Assembly: GCA_964016885.1 (NCBI GenBank)
Contig: OZ024740.1
Span: forward strand, 325,996,001 to 326,060,000
DNA length: 64,000 bases
Reading direction: 5' to 3'
From: Eledone cirrhosa
Taxonomy: Eukaryota
Below the pieces are notes generated by a model. The model had not been told where the DNA came from and searched no databases. It saw nothing but the letters and a program-made list of their open reading frames with translations. The position numbers were made by a program, and so were the translations under genes. Each line of letters opens with the position of its first letter. Position 1 is the first letter of the stretch. Below are positions 54,401-64,000 of this stretch, one piece after another.

Positions 54401-57400
54401 TATATATGTTTCTGTAAAGAAACAGTACAAGATTTAACTTTATCATTTAAACCAGCCATATCCGGCCAAAATTCTCTCACCTTTTTCTGTTCAAACCGGC
54501 TGTTACTGGCCACTCATACTGATGTTAGGGTATTGTTCTCAAAATAAATATCAAAATCTCATAAATTTGATATGTGAGGTAAAGCTTTTACCATGAAAAT
54601 AGTAAATATAGAGTAATGTAAATGCTAAAGGGTTAACAAAGATTGTGTTCCAACTAGAATCGGTGCCGGATTTAGGACAAATGAGGCCCTGTGCTAGTTA
54701 CTTGGACCCTGAAGAAGGTAAAAAAAGGGTTTTGGGAAGGAATATGGGCAGGCCTCTCTGACCAATGGGTCCCTGTGCTTAAGCACGGACCCATTAAGCA
54801 TGTTTAAGCACAATGGTAAATCCAGCACTGACTAGAATAGATACCCTAATCAAATCATTCATTCTTTTTCAGTCTCTGAAGAAATATTTAACTCTAATAC
54901 CAACTTGCCCCAAAAGCACCCCTGGCTCTATGAAACAAAACCACACATTTTAAATTGTTACTATTTAAATTAAAACCTTTCAACATAATTTGATATAAGA
55001 AATATTTTTTTAAGTTGTTATAAGAAACATTTTTTAAAGTTATAAATATCATTTTAATAATGAAATAATTTATCATTTTAGTAAACCCTTCCAAAGACTT
55101 CATTAACTCATTCAAATACAATACATTTTATCAGAAATAGTGTAACAAATAGGTTAAAGGCATATCTCTACATCATCATAGCTGTTTAATGTCCATTTTT
55201 CCATGCTAGCATGGATTATGAGTTGTCCTGTTGAGGTGGGCCAGGTCTGGTGACCATGCCTTGCTCATACAGAACTGATTTTGGCTTGGTTTCTACAGTT
55301 GGATGCCCTTCCTTAATGCCAACCACTGGGTGCTTTTTTTTGTCATGACACCTATATTATTACATGTTTAAATAGCTTTGATTAAATCTTGTACTGTTTC
55401 TGTATAGATAATGATCTATTGTACATCCATCAGTGATGGCTTGTAGCTTGGTGGTTAGGGTGTTCAGCTCTCAAACACAAGATCATGAGTTGATTACTGG
55501 CTGCATGTTGTGTTCCTGAGCAAGACACTTTAATTCACATTGCTCCAGTCCACTCAGATGACAAAAATGAGATGAGTTATTGACTGACATAATGTCTAGA
55601 GTGGCACCCCAACAACTGGCTGAACCAGCTGTGGTAACTTCATTGATTGATGAATATTTTCTAAGTTTTCTATTGTAATACCCAACATTCCTTTATCCTT
55701 CTCTATTTCTTGGTCTTGCTACACCTCTCTCAGGTACTGGTCATCATCATCATCACCACTGTTTAACATCCATTTTTGCTCCGTTGTGAGACAATCCATG
55801 TCTGATGAGTCTTGTTCATACAGAACTGGTTTTGGCTTGGTTTCTATGGCTGGATGCCCTTCCTAACACCAGCCACAATTACGGTATCTACTGGGCACTT
55901 TTGTTGTGACACCTACATGACCACATTAGTGTATACTGGGCACTTTTGTCATGACACCTACATGACTACTTTCCAGTGTGGGCTGGGTGCTTTTTGTCGT
56001 GACACCTTCACAACCATTTTAGTGTGGGCTGGGTGCTTTTTGTCGTGACATTTACACAAACACTTTACAATGGGACCACGTCACTATCAGTATTCAGAAC
56101 ATTCTGTCAACAGAAGGCAGCAGATTGGAGGCAAATTTGAGAGGATGTCGGATTATAAATGCTTCGGTATTTGTTGCAGCTGAGTTCAAATCTGAGTTCA
56201 AATCCCATTGAGGTGAACTTTCATCCTTTCAGGGTCAATAAATAAAGGACCATTAATGGAGTTTGCCAATTTCTTTCATAGAAAGAAAGAGCCATGTTTT
56301 GATCTGGAGAGAGATGGACTCCACCAGGTTTAAAATGCCTAAGTGGGTCAGGTTGCTACCCTTATGATTTCATCAGGAGTTTCATGCACATCTATACATA
56401 AACACACGTGCCCATGCACACTCACAGATATATGCATACACACACACATACATTGATAACATTGAGCAGAAGATATAGCAATATATTAGGTGTGCTTTGA
56501 GACTTATTAATTTAGATAACAATAGCCAGTTGATAACATTATCTGTGATTATAATAAGCAGCTTTTGCTGCATTATTTAATCCATTGCGCTAATGTTGTA
56601 ATTATTTCAATATCTCAATTATGAGACATGCATATGTATTTATTTTTTATTTATTTATAGCCACCAGATGCTGGATCTGAAGTAAGTTTCTTTTTCTTTT
56701 TTTTGTATTTTTGCGGGGGGGGGGGGGGTGTTGCTGCTTATCTTCCCTTCCTCTTCTGTTAACCAATCAACTGTGACATTAGGGGTTATTATTTTTTAGC
56801 TGAGAAGATTGATAGATGCAATATGTGGAATAGAATGGACTTCCCTTGACTTTGGCATAAGTGTTCAAGTTGTTCAATCAATGGAATAGCCTGCTCATGA
56901 AATTGTCAATCATTCCAGACATGTATATGTTTAAGATAATTCTCAGGGAGATTATGATGAAGACAATGTGTGTGACAAGGCTGGCCCTTTGATACAAGAT
57001 GGGCAGTATCTGTAATTCATAGTCTGTGGCTAAATATTACACACACGTATACCTTCAAAGTAATTCTCAGGGAGATTCAGAGTGACAGTGTGTGACATGG
57101 CTGGCCTTTTAGATTACACATACAGTCCATACAATAGGCTTCCAAACAGTTTCACTCACAAGCCATGGGTTAACTTGAGGCTATGGTAAATGACACTTGT
57201 CCAAGATGCTATGTCTAAGATGCTATGCAGTGGGACCAAACCTGGAACTTAATGATTGCAAAGCAAATCTCTTAACCTGTCGGCCATGCTATGTTCACAT
57301 GCAATTTGTACCATACCAAGAAATACATGTTTGTGGCACTATTAGCAGTGTTGTTAGTGTAGAATTAAATGCCTTGATGTTCTGGCTCTCATGCTCAACT

Positions 57401-60400
57401 TTGCTTTTCATACTTTCAGGGATTTATAAATAGTGTGGCAGATTGGTGGAATTGTCAAAGAATTAGATGAGATGCTTTGCAGTATATGTTCTAGCTCACT
57501 GCTTTTTGAGTTCAAATCCTACTTGTCACTGAAATATCTATGACCAAGAGTTGCAACTGGCAGATAGAAAATATTGTTTCCTTGGTTCAATCTGACAATT
57601 GTCTCCTTTCCTTTTCCATTTTTGTTATCTTAAATTAGTAATGCAACCAGACTGATGATCATCATCATCTTATGTTTACTATCCCGGTGGTTTGTGGTTT
57701 TTAAAATGTGATTCAGTTCTTATTTTGAGTAACTGCCCTTCTAGACAGCTTGGCAGACCATGCTCACACACGTCCCATTTTTGGCATGCATTCTACAGCT
57801 GGATTCTTTTCTTAACACCAACCACATTACAGTCTGGACTGGATGTAATTTATCTTGCACCTGCATTAGAGTGCATACTTTGATAGGACCAAAGTATGCA
57901 CTCTATCTACATTGTCTCTGCTCATTTACAAACCACTTTACAGCATGTACTGGGTACATTTTATCATGGCTCCAACATTAGAGAGGTCGTATCATTGTAA
58001 ACTTTGTAGTTAGAGAGATATCTCTACTCTATATTGTCTTTGTTCTTTCAAGGCAAATATAACCAAAAGTGGGAATAGAAACAAATTGATGGCCCAGAGT
58101 GGGAAAGAAAAGAGTAATAATGTGAGTGTGAAGGGGGGAAACTGAGATAATGAGGAGGGAGACAATAGTAGCAACATTTTGGTAGGAGGTTGAGTTGAAA
58201 CAGCATGAGCAACTTGATGAGATAGCAGTAATGAGTCATGGTAGGGAAGAACAAGTGATAGATAGCAACACATGCTTGATGTTTAATGAGTGGTATGTCA
58301 GTTAACCTTGGCAGGATTTGAACTCAGAACATCATCATCATCGTTTAACGTCTAACTTCCATGCAAGCATGGGTTAGACATAAAGGGACATAACTCTGTT
58401 GCAAAGCATTGTGTCCAACCCTCTACCGATACTGCCAATCCACTAGAGGGCAAATGGTATTGAATATGGGCATAAGTAATGAATATGAGAAATATAGATG
58501 ACAGCAGAGGATGGTAGATGTCATCTAAAACCTTTATGGCAGAGAGAATAAGTTCGCAGTAGAGGGAGATGGTATAGGATATTGACAATCGTTTATGGTT
58601 ACACATGGTTTCTACAATATAATAATATAATAATAATGAAATTATTGTGTAAAGTGCTCAGGTGCACTACAACTCGTCAATATAGTACATAGAATAATAC
58701 ACAAATGCCAGGGAAGTACATGTTTGTATGTGTTAGCTGTAGTGTTGGCGGATCTCGGGAAGCATGGAGGCCGTAAAGGATGCAGTGTCTCGACAGCTAA
58801 CAACTGATGCAGGTAGTTTGTTCCATGCTTCAGCAACTCTGAGCGTGAAAAATGTTTCCGAAAGTCATGGGAACTGTGCTGTTTTCTTACTTTGTGGGCA
58901 TGTCCACGTGTGTTAGACACATGGAAATCGAAAAGGCACTCAGGGTTGTTGTTGGCAACATGGTTAACAATTTTGTGGGTGTTTACCAAGTCAGTTGCCA
59001 GGCGTCGGAGCTTCAATGAATCCATGCCCAGGGAAGCAAGGCGCTCAGAGTATGGTAGATGCCTGATGGAGGGTATTGGTTGCACGTCTCTGAACAGTTT
59101 CCAGGCGGTCAATGTTCTGAGCAAGATAGGGGTTCCAGACTGGTGATGCAAATTCTAAGTGTGGTCGCACCATAGCTGTATACAGCCTTAAATAGATATC
59201 TGGAGAGCGGCTGACAAAGGTCTTGCTGAGTGATGCTAAGACACCCTCGGCCCTCTTGACAATTTTAGAGACGTGCCTCGTCCAACGCAAATCGCTGCTG
59301 ACCGTAATGCCCAGGTCACGTTCACAGGAAGACTTCTTGATATTAGTGCTGTGGAGGGAGTATGTGGACGCTGGGTTTTTACTCCCAAAATGCATGGTGG
59401 TGCACTTGTCCACAGCTAGCTTGAGTTGCCAGTCTGAGATCCACTGTTGCATTGTGTCCAGGTCAGACTGCAAGCAAGATCTATAGTGTTCAGGATCTGT
59501 CCTTTTTATCTCAAGGTACAGCTTGATGTCGTCTGCGTACTTTAGTACTGTGGCATTCCTTAAGTTGGCATCTATGTCATTAATATATGCCACAAACAAA
59601 AGGGGGCCAAGAACAGATCCCTGAGGTACACCAGATGACATCTCATATGGTGAGGAATGCTGTCCCAGAACCGTGACTACCTCTCTTCGACTGAGAATGA
59701 AGGACTTCAACCAGTTAAAAAGATCATCCTTCACACCCATTGCAGAGAGTTTTGCCATAAGCCTTTTGTGTGGCACAGAATTGAAGGACGATAGTTCACA
59801 GGTGATGTGCGGTCACCCTTTTTGAACAGAGGAATGACACTGGCAGTTTTCCACTGTTCTGGAGTAGCACTGTTGTTCAGACAGAATTGGAAGAAGCGTG
59901 ATAACTGGTGTAGAAGGAAGTACCCACCACGTTTAAGAAGCAGGTACGTAACACCATCAAGACCAGGAGAGGCATGGTTGCGTTTATTTTTTAGGTGACG
60001 TCGCAGCATTGCAGGTGTAAATTCCATGGTTGTAATAGTCCGGTGTCATAGGTAGTGGAGATGGTACACTCTGGTCTTCAATGGTGAAAATGCCTGCATA
60101 GCATTCAGCAATGAGCTCTGCGCATTCCTTGGGGTCGTCAGTAACCTGGCTTGTGTGGGGATTGCGAAGAGGACCAACTGGAGAGTGAGGCCTCTGCTTT
60201 GAGTGAACATACTTCCAGAACACCTTACTGTCAGGGCTGGTTGCTATGCGCTGCTCAAATTGAAGCACTGCCTTTTTTGTCACCTGTTTGAGGTGGTTGG
60301 ACGATCTATTTCGCCTCTTCCTATTAATGTCTGATTTGTGAAGTTTGTACTCACGTTCAGCATTGCGCCGTTCTTTTCTGGCAAGACGGACTGCTGCAGT

Positions 60401-63400
60401 CTCCCAAATTGCGCTTTTAGGATGTTTTTTCCACTTACGTGGCACCGATGCTGCACATACTCTCCATATTGAGCTCAGGATGTTCTGGAGTACAGTGTTG
60501 ACATCTCCAGAGTCATAGAACTCAAGCCAGTTTGGCCGTTGCAACTCGGTGCAGTAACAGTTCCAGTCTGCTTTATTCCAGTCAAAGTGAGCAGTTTGGA
60601 GATGGTTGTGGTTCTTGTTACTGCCCATGAGGGATAGATTGGCAATGATCATAGCATGATCAGTCACCTAAAGGTTCCTCAGCAGTAACACTAATGACCG
60701 TTTCAGGAGTAGTGGTGAAGAGTAGGTCCAAAGTGTTGTCACCTCTCGTTGGGGAGGTGACCACCTGGGACCAACTCGAGTCCAGCACCAGCTCAAGGAA
60801 GTCATTTGCACTTGGCGGCCAACGAAAGGTCTCCCAGTCAATCTCAGGGTGATTGAAGTCACCTGCAATGAAAACATAAGTGGCTGTCTTCCTGGCAGCA
60901 GCTCTGAGGATATCACAAAGTTGAGTGTCCTGATGGTAATTTGGGGGACGGTAAACGACTCCAAGTAGCAGTGTTGACATGGTCATACGTATATCGCAGA
61001 AAAAAACTTCCTGCTGTGATTGGTTCAAATCAGCACAAGGAATTGCCGACAGATTTGACCGAACGTAGACCATTACACCACCACCACGACGATTAATACG
61101 GTCTTTACGAAACAGGTTGTAGCCAGTCATGCTGAAAACCCCATCACAGAGTAAGGGATGTGCCCAAGTTTCCGTGACTGTAATGAAGTCCGGGTTGATA
61201 CTTTTGACGTAGGAGTCAAAAAGATGAATCTTATTGCATAGACTACGTGCATTCAAGGACAACAGTTTGTACTTTGATTCCAGTCTATGATTATGTGCAG
61301 GGGATGGCAGGTTGTTCTGATTTAGTTTCCCAGAGTTTTTTCAGTTTCTTTATTGTCAGTTGTTGTGGGTACACTGTTTTCAGACCAGCTGGTGTCTCTT
61401 TTCCATGATTCGCCAGCCTTAACAAACTTCCATATCTGCCCATCATCTCGTAGGCTGAAGCTTTCATGTTCTGCCGAGCTGCGGTTTAGGGAAGCTGCAG
61501 CACGCAACTTTGGGCGGACATCAGGTGGAAGACCAGGACGTGTTCGGAAAGCAATCCGACTTTCACGCCTAGCTTTATCAGAGGCTACAAGGTATGAACG
61601 TGCCTCAGCCGAGTTTGAAAACGACAGTCTAATTAACCTGGGTTTCGGGCCTGGTCGGCCAAGGCGTAGAGCACCCTTTGCGGGAGCACAGCCCAGGTCT
61701 TTGGATGAACTGGCAGCAAATGCCTGAAGATCAACTATGTCTTCCGGCACACCAATGGCAATCACTTCGTGGTTTGCAGATTCAGTGGCATTCTCAATGC
61801 GTCTAGGTTCAACATGAGGTACGCGGAGATTTTTTAACAAGGCACTCCGGTAAGATCTCTCATTGTGGGGTTCTACACGAACGCTTGATTTTATTTCCGC
61901 TATTTCTTGACTTAAAGCGGAAATCATTTGCCGTATTTCCTCAAACTCCGTATTGACGGTCGGTTTTTGTTGTTGTTCTTCTCCTTCAACAGGCATGGTA
62001 GAAGACACAGTCGTCGGTTGTTGTTGTTGAAAAGTAACGGTTGCTGTTGTTGATGAAGTCCTTCAACGGGGGTAGTAGCAGAAGCTACGGTCGTTGGTTT
62101 TTGCTGTTGTTCAGCGACAATGGTAGAGGAAGACACGATCCTCGGTTTTTGTTGTTGTTCAGGAACAATGGTAGAAGACACGATCTTCGGTCTTTGTTGT
62201 TGTTCCGCAGCAATGGGAGAAGCAGGCATACAGTCCAGGCACTGAAAGGACCAGTTTGTTAGCTGGACCATCTCCCAGAGTCTATCCATCGTAGCAATGT
62301 GATGTTTCTTATTTTGGCCTGGGATCTTCCGGAAGCATGTGGCGCATTGAAGGCAGACAGAGATGCGACAGGTTCCACATTCGACCCAACGATTACGGAA
62401 CGAGTTTTCGGGTTCCGTACAGATATGGCAGGTGTGATCTTCCGGGCAATGTTCTATTTTTGGACATCGACCAGTTTTGTCGCAAATTTCATCGATGGAT
62501 ATCACCATGGCAATTTTGTTATTTCTACCCATCCGTAGAAAAACACAGAATGTAAACAATAGAGGTTTAGCGCACTTGATTACGATAGAAATAAAATGTC
62601 TGTTTTTTTGTGTATTTTGTTTCCGTTTTCCTAAATGTTGTGTGTGTGTAGAAGAGTCTGTGCATGTAAACAAATAAATATGCTGCGTGAGTTAAATGAA
62701 ACGTACTGTAGAAGGCAGTTGTTTATTAACAGCGAATAACGTTTTTTTTTTTTTCTCCCCCTGATACTGCTTCTTTATAGTAAACTTTCAATAATATTTT
62801 TTTTTCAAATTATTAACTTTCAGCTGCTAGTATATATATATAATTAAAAGGTGTATGTGGGTTAGAAGCGAAGTCAATGTTAAGAAATATTTTACCAATG
62901 TAAATTGGTAAAATTGGCCGGTATAGTGTCTCACACGCAATAGTGTGGTTTCTTTTCACGTGTGTATATGCATATGGTATGTATCTGTATATAAATCTGC
63001 GTTATATTTTTGTTTATGTTTTGTGGAGTACTTACTGCGATCCTTAAGGGATGTAGTGATTTGTTTTGTTTTGTTTTTTTCTTTTTTCCCCGTCCATGTC
63101 CACACGTGGTTCGTTGGCGAAAATCAAGTCAAATTATATATACTTCGTTAAGATAATTCTATCTTGAAACTGGTACTAGTTGTCAGGGAACAGTGAAAGT
63201 AATTGTAATAATGAATATTGTAATCCATCTGACATGTGTTTAAAGGGCAGTTTTTGGTGAAAATATTATATTTTGTTTGGTCAAGACGTGGTCAAGCGAC
63301 CTTCCTTGTCGCCATTTTTGAAAGGGTATGTATTATCAAATTTTCTTATCCTCTAGTTGAGCTTGCTCAAAATAAAATCTCTAAAATCTGTTAATTTACT

Positions 63401-63477
63401 TTAAATTTTAGTCAAAAGAAGAAAAACCTGAAGAACCAGCTGAGAAAACTGAAGAAACTACTGAAAGTGCAGAATGA
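26639..63477 (+). CDS. VAT1L: VAT-1 homolog-like synaptic vesicle protein (MDR/quinone oxidoreductase family); spliced CDS span, 5' exon not found in window
   Basis: Twelve AG/GT-bounded exons join in one frame: [78 protein letters not shown], then an acidic tail ending in TGA. These motifs are characteristic of VAT1/VAT1L. Confidence 0.9.
30560..31507 (-). mobile_element. RTE-clade LINE 3' fragment, subfamily A
   Basis: [32 protein letters not shown]; 3' UTR with ggatgcccttcctaac module. Confidence 0.9.
31655..32576 (+). mobile_element. RTE-clade LINE 3' fragment, subfamily B
   Basis: [38 protein letters not shown]; stop codon at ~32043; tail ...gacgtaaaacgatgat. Confidence 0.9.
32575..32754. 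repeat. 11-bp unit microsatellite (TATATATCTAT shifting to TATATATCTCT)
   Basis: Direct reading. Confidence 0.92.
34490..34706 (+). mobile_element. SINE family 1 copy (others at ~4525-4870, 18670-18845, 26190-26385, 41010-41215)
   Basis: tggcagtaatggtagagc...gttcaaatcc...tttcatccttac.gggtcgataaaataaag. Confidence 0.82.
34965..35187. repeat. (TA/TG)n compound microsatellite
   Basis: Direct reading. Confidence 0.9.
35186..35834 (-). mobile_element. RTE-clade LINE 3' fragment, subfamily B
   Basis: ORF 35383-35817 [21 protein letters not shown]; reverse complement of 31930-32576. Confidence 0.9.
37177..37392 (+). CDS. VAT1L: VAT1L-like exon B (216 nt): [17 protein letters not shown]...[30 protein letters not shown]
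   Basis: ttacag acceptor, gtgagt donor; phase 0-0; start of the Rossmann AGGVG motif. Confidence 0.95.
38755..38897 (+). CDS. VAT1L: VAT1L-like exon C (143 nt): [47 protein letters not shown](K)
   Basis: ttccag acceptor, gtaagt donor; completes AGGV|GQA; not in the ORF track. Confidence 0.93.
39174..39589 (-). mobile_element. Two head-to-tail SINE family 1 copies
   Basis: Two cores (39174-39345 and 39352-39585); flanking direct repeat cttcctaataat. Confidence 0.85.
39945..40048 (+). CDS. VAT1L: VAT1L-like exon D (104 nt): [34 protein letters not shown](G)
   Basis: ttttaaag acceptor, gtgagt donor; phases 2 and 1 fit the neighbouring exons. Confidence 0.93.
41742..41797 (+). CDS. VAT1L: VAT1L-like exon E (56 nt): (G)[18 protein letters not shown]
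   Basis: ttgtag acceptor, gtgagt donor; VAT1L-type [13 protein letters not shown] motif. Confidence 0.93.
41845..42085 (-). mobile_element. RTE (Expander/Rex3-like) LINE 3' fragment from a different family
   Basis: [38 protein letters not shown], a typical RTE C-terminal motif. Confidence 0.7.
42490..43722 (+). mobile_element. RTE-clade LINE 3' fragment, subfamily A, with a PHD-like finger
   Basis: SKTKVL-[C4HC3]-[30 protein letters not shown]; (GAT)n tail; possible TSD tttaagtt. Confidence 0.9.
43761..43955 (+). CDS. VAT1L: VAT1L-like exon F (195 nt): [29 protein letters not shown]...[13 protein letters not shown]
   Basis: tatttcag acceptor, gtaagt donor; open frame, phase 0-0. Confidence 0.93.
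44183..44366. repeat. poly(A) followed by (ATAATAATAATG)n and (ATAATG)n microsatellite
   Basis: Direct reading; fills about a third of the intron between exons F and G. Confidence 0.93.
44491..44568 (+). CDS. VAT1L: VAT1L-like exon G (78 nt): [26 protein letters not shown]
   Basis: ccccatcag acceptor, AG|gtaagt donor; C-terminal MDR motif NIGKIIL. Confidence 0.93.
45996..47241 (-). mobile_element. 5'-truncated copy of the same CR1-type LINE, nearly identical to 58621-59787
   Basis: [31 protein letters not shown]; near base-for-base match to the long copy; (TTA)n tail. Confidence 0.93.
47958..48765 (-). mobile_element. Non-autonomous Helitron
   Basis: On the minus strand it starts A|TCTATATATTT and ends with hairpin CCCG-AGCAGCGC-CGGG...CTAG|T; inserted in an AT dinucleotide with no TSD. 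Confidence 0.85.
49885..50069 (-). mobile_element. tRNA-derived SINE family 1, young copy; more than 12 copies in the window
   Basis: A-box TGGCAGTATCGG, B-box GTTCAAATCC, core gccgaggttaactttgcctttcatccttacggggtcgataaaataaagtaccag; ~16-bp TSD caattatactcataat. Confidence 0.9.
50343..50372 (+). CDS. VAT1L: microexon 1 (30 nt): [10 protein letters not shown]
   Basis: Long U-rich tract plus tag acceptor, gtaagt donor, phase 0-0; possible alternative donor GAG|gtgaaa after 50366. Confidence 0.75.
53155..53595. repeat. Five degenerate ~95-bp modules
   Basis: Recurring gaccaaggaaacaatgtttcc..tggtctttccattgctgatactatctg; a single copy at 42205-42285. Confidence 0.75.
54162..54191 (+). CDS. VAT1L: microexon 2 (30 nt): [10 protein letters not shown]
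   Basis: ctaat branch-like site, ttccag acceptor, GAG|gtaagt donor, phase 0-0. Confidence 0.8.
54317..54346 (+). CDS. VAT1L: microexon 3 (30 nt): [10 protein letters not shown]
   Basis: Strong polypyrimidine tract plus ttccag acceptor, GAG|gtaaga donor, phase 0-0. Confidence 0.8.
54661..54830. mobile_element. hAT-type MITE (170 bp)
   Basis: Perfect 8-bp TSD ACTAGAAT (54653-54660 and 54831-54838); TIRs cggtgccggattta and taaatccagcactg. Confidence 0.88.
56661..56681 (+). CDS. VAT1L: microexon 4 (21 nt): PPDAGSE
   Basis: tttatttatag acceptor, gtaagt donor, phase 0-0; composition matches the other tail exons. Confidence 0.7.
58700..61262 (-). pseudogene. LINE ORF2 endonuclease/reverse transcriptase, fragmented
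   Basis: Consecutive ORF pieces 60660-61262, 59984-60667, 59731-60027, 59045-59776 and 58642-59151; internal RT deletion at ~59787. Confidence 0.9.
61322..62532 (-). pseudogene. LINE ORF1: PHD-like Zn finger, EQQQKP repeats, coiled coil, RRM-like domain; one frameshift near 62010-62045
   Basis: CHIC...CGTC...CLQC...CLDC; [20 protein letters not shown]; [22 protein letters not shown]; ORFs 61924-62673 and 61322-62008. Confidence 0.8.
63412..63477 (+). CDS. VAT1L: terminal coding exon: [21 protein letters not shown]
   Basis: ttttag acceptor, purine-rich acidic frame, TGA at 63475-63477; AATAAA overlaps the stop codon. Confidence 0.78.
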   Translation, partial: SKEEKPEEPAEKTEETTESAE

Positions 63478-63694
63478 ATAAAAAATATTTGAAAATTTAT
63501 GGTAATATTGAAGTTTTCAGTCCTATATAGTTAAGACGATGTAGTGTAGTTGTGTGTGTAGTGTGGTGTTGTGTTGTGTGTATGTATATTTCTACCAGTA
63601 ACCCATATACGAGGGTTGAGCGAAAAGTTCATAGGCTGACTATGAAGGAGTAATGCTAGAGCTGTGAAATCTAGCATACATTATTTCGAGCCAG

Positions 63695-63930
63695 TTACTA
63701 ACTTTGGGGCCCTACAATTCATATCTAAATGGAACCTATTACTAGCTTTGTGAGCCTACATTTCACATCTGGCCTGGGCCTATAGCCAATATTGTGACCC
63801 TACATTTTACATGTCGACTGGGCTTATTACCATCTTTGGGAGCCTATATTTTACATCAAGCCTGAGCCAACTAGTTTTGGCAAACTAGATTTTACATGTG
63901 GACTGGGCTTATTACCAACTTTACACAGGC
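63695..63930. repeat. Degenerate ~48-50-bp tandem repeat, about 5 copies, downstream of the stop codon
   Basis: Recurring cctacattttacatgt..actgggcttattacca.ctttg. Confidence 0.7.
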
Positions 63931-64000
63931 CTTTATACCAATGACTGTAATGTAAAACATGGATTATTGACTGACACTTTAGTGGAAGAAACAACAAAAA

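Larger units (their letters stand above)
58621..62680 (-). mobile_element. Near-full-length CR1-type LINE (ORF1 plus APE-RT ORF2), inactivated
   Basis: ORF1, then APE ([23 protein letters not shown]), RT ([17 protein letters not shown]) and CR1-type [16 protein letters not shown]; (TTA)n tail at ~58621-58637. The 5' boundary is approximate. Confidence 0.92.

Overview
AT-rich, repeat-dense animal genomic DNA. The SINE/LINE repertoire suggests a coleoid cephalopod, probably Octopus (inference). One + strand host gene runs through the window: a VAT-1-like (VAT1L-type, MDR/quinone-oxidoreductase fold) synaptic-vesicle protein. Its first coding exon was not found and probably lies upstream. Seven conserved exons lie at 26639-44568. 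Four frame-preserving phase-0 microexons (30, 30, 30, 21 nt) and a terminal exon (63412-63477) follow and build an acidic Ala/Glu/Pro/Ser tail. The introns hold a near-full-length but broken CR1-type LINE and three shorter relatives, several RTE LINE fragments in inverted pairs, a DD37D-type Tc1/mariner, a non-autonomous Helitron, hAT-, piggyBac- and mariner-type MITEs, many tRNA-derived SINEs and mini/microsatellites. Most notable: the microexon cassette bracketed by two almost identical direct LINE copies, inverted RTE pairs around an in-frame 519-nt exon block, a PHD finger inside an RTE ORF2, and a promoter-like antisense unit linked to a hairpin minisatellite. All coordinates and identities were read by eye.
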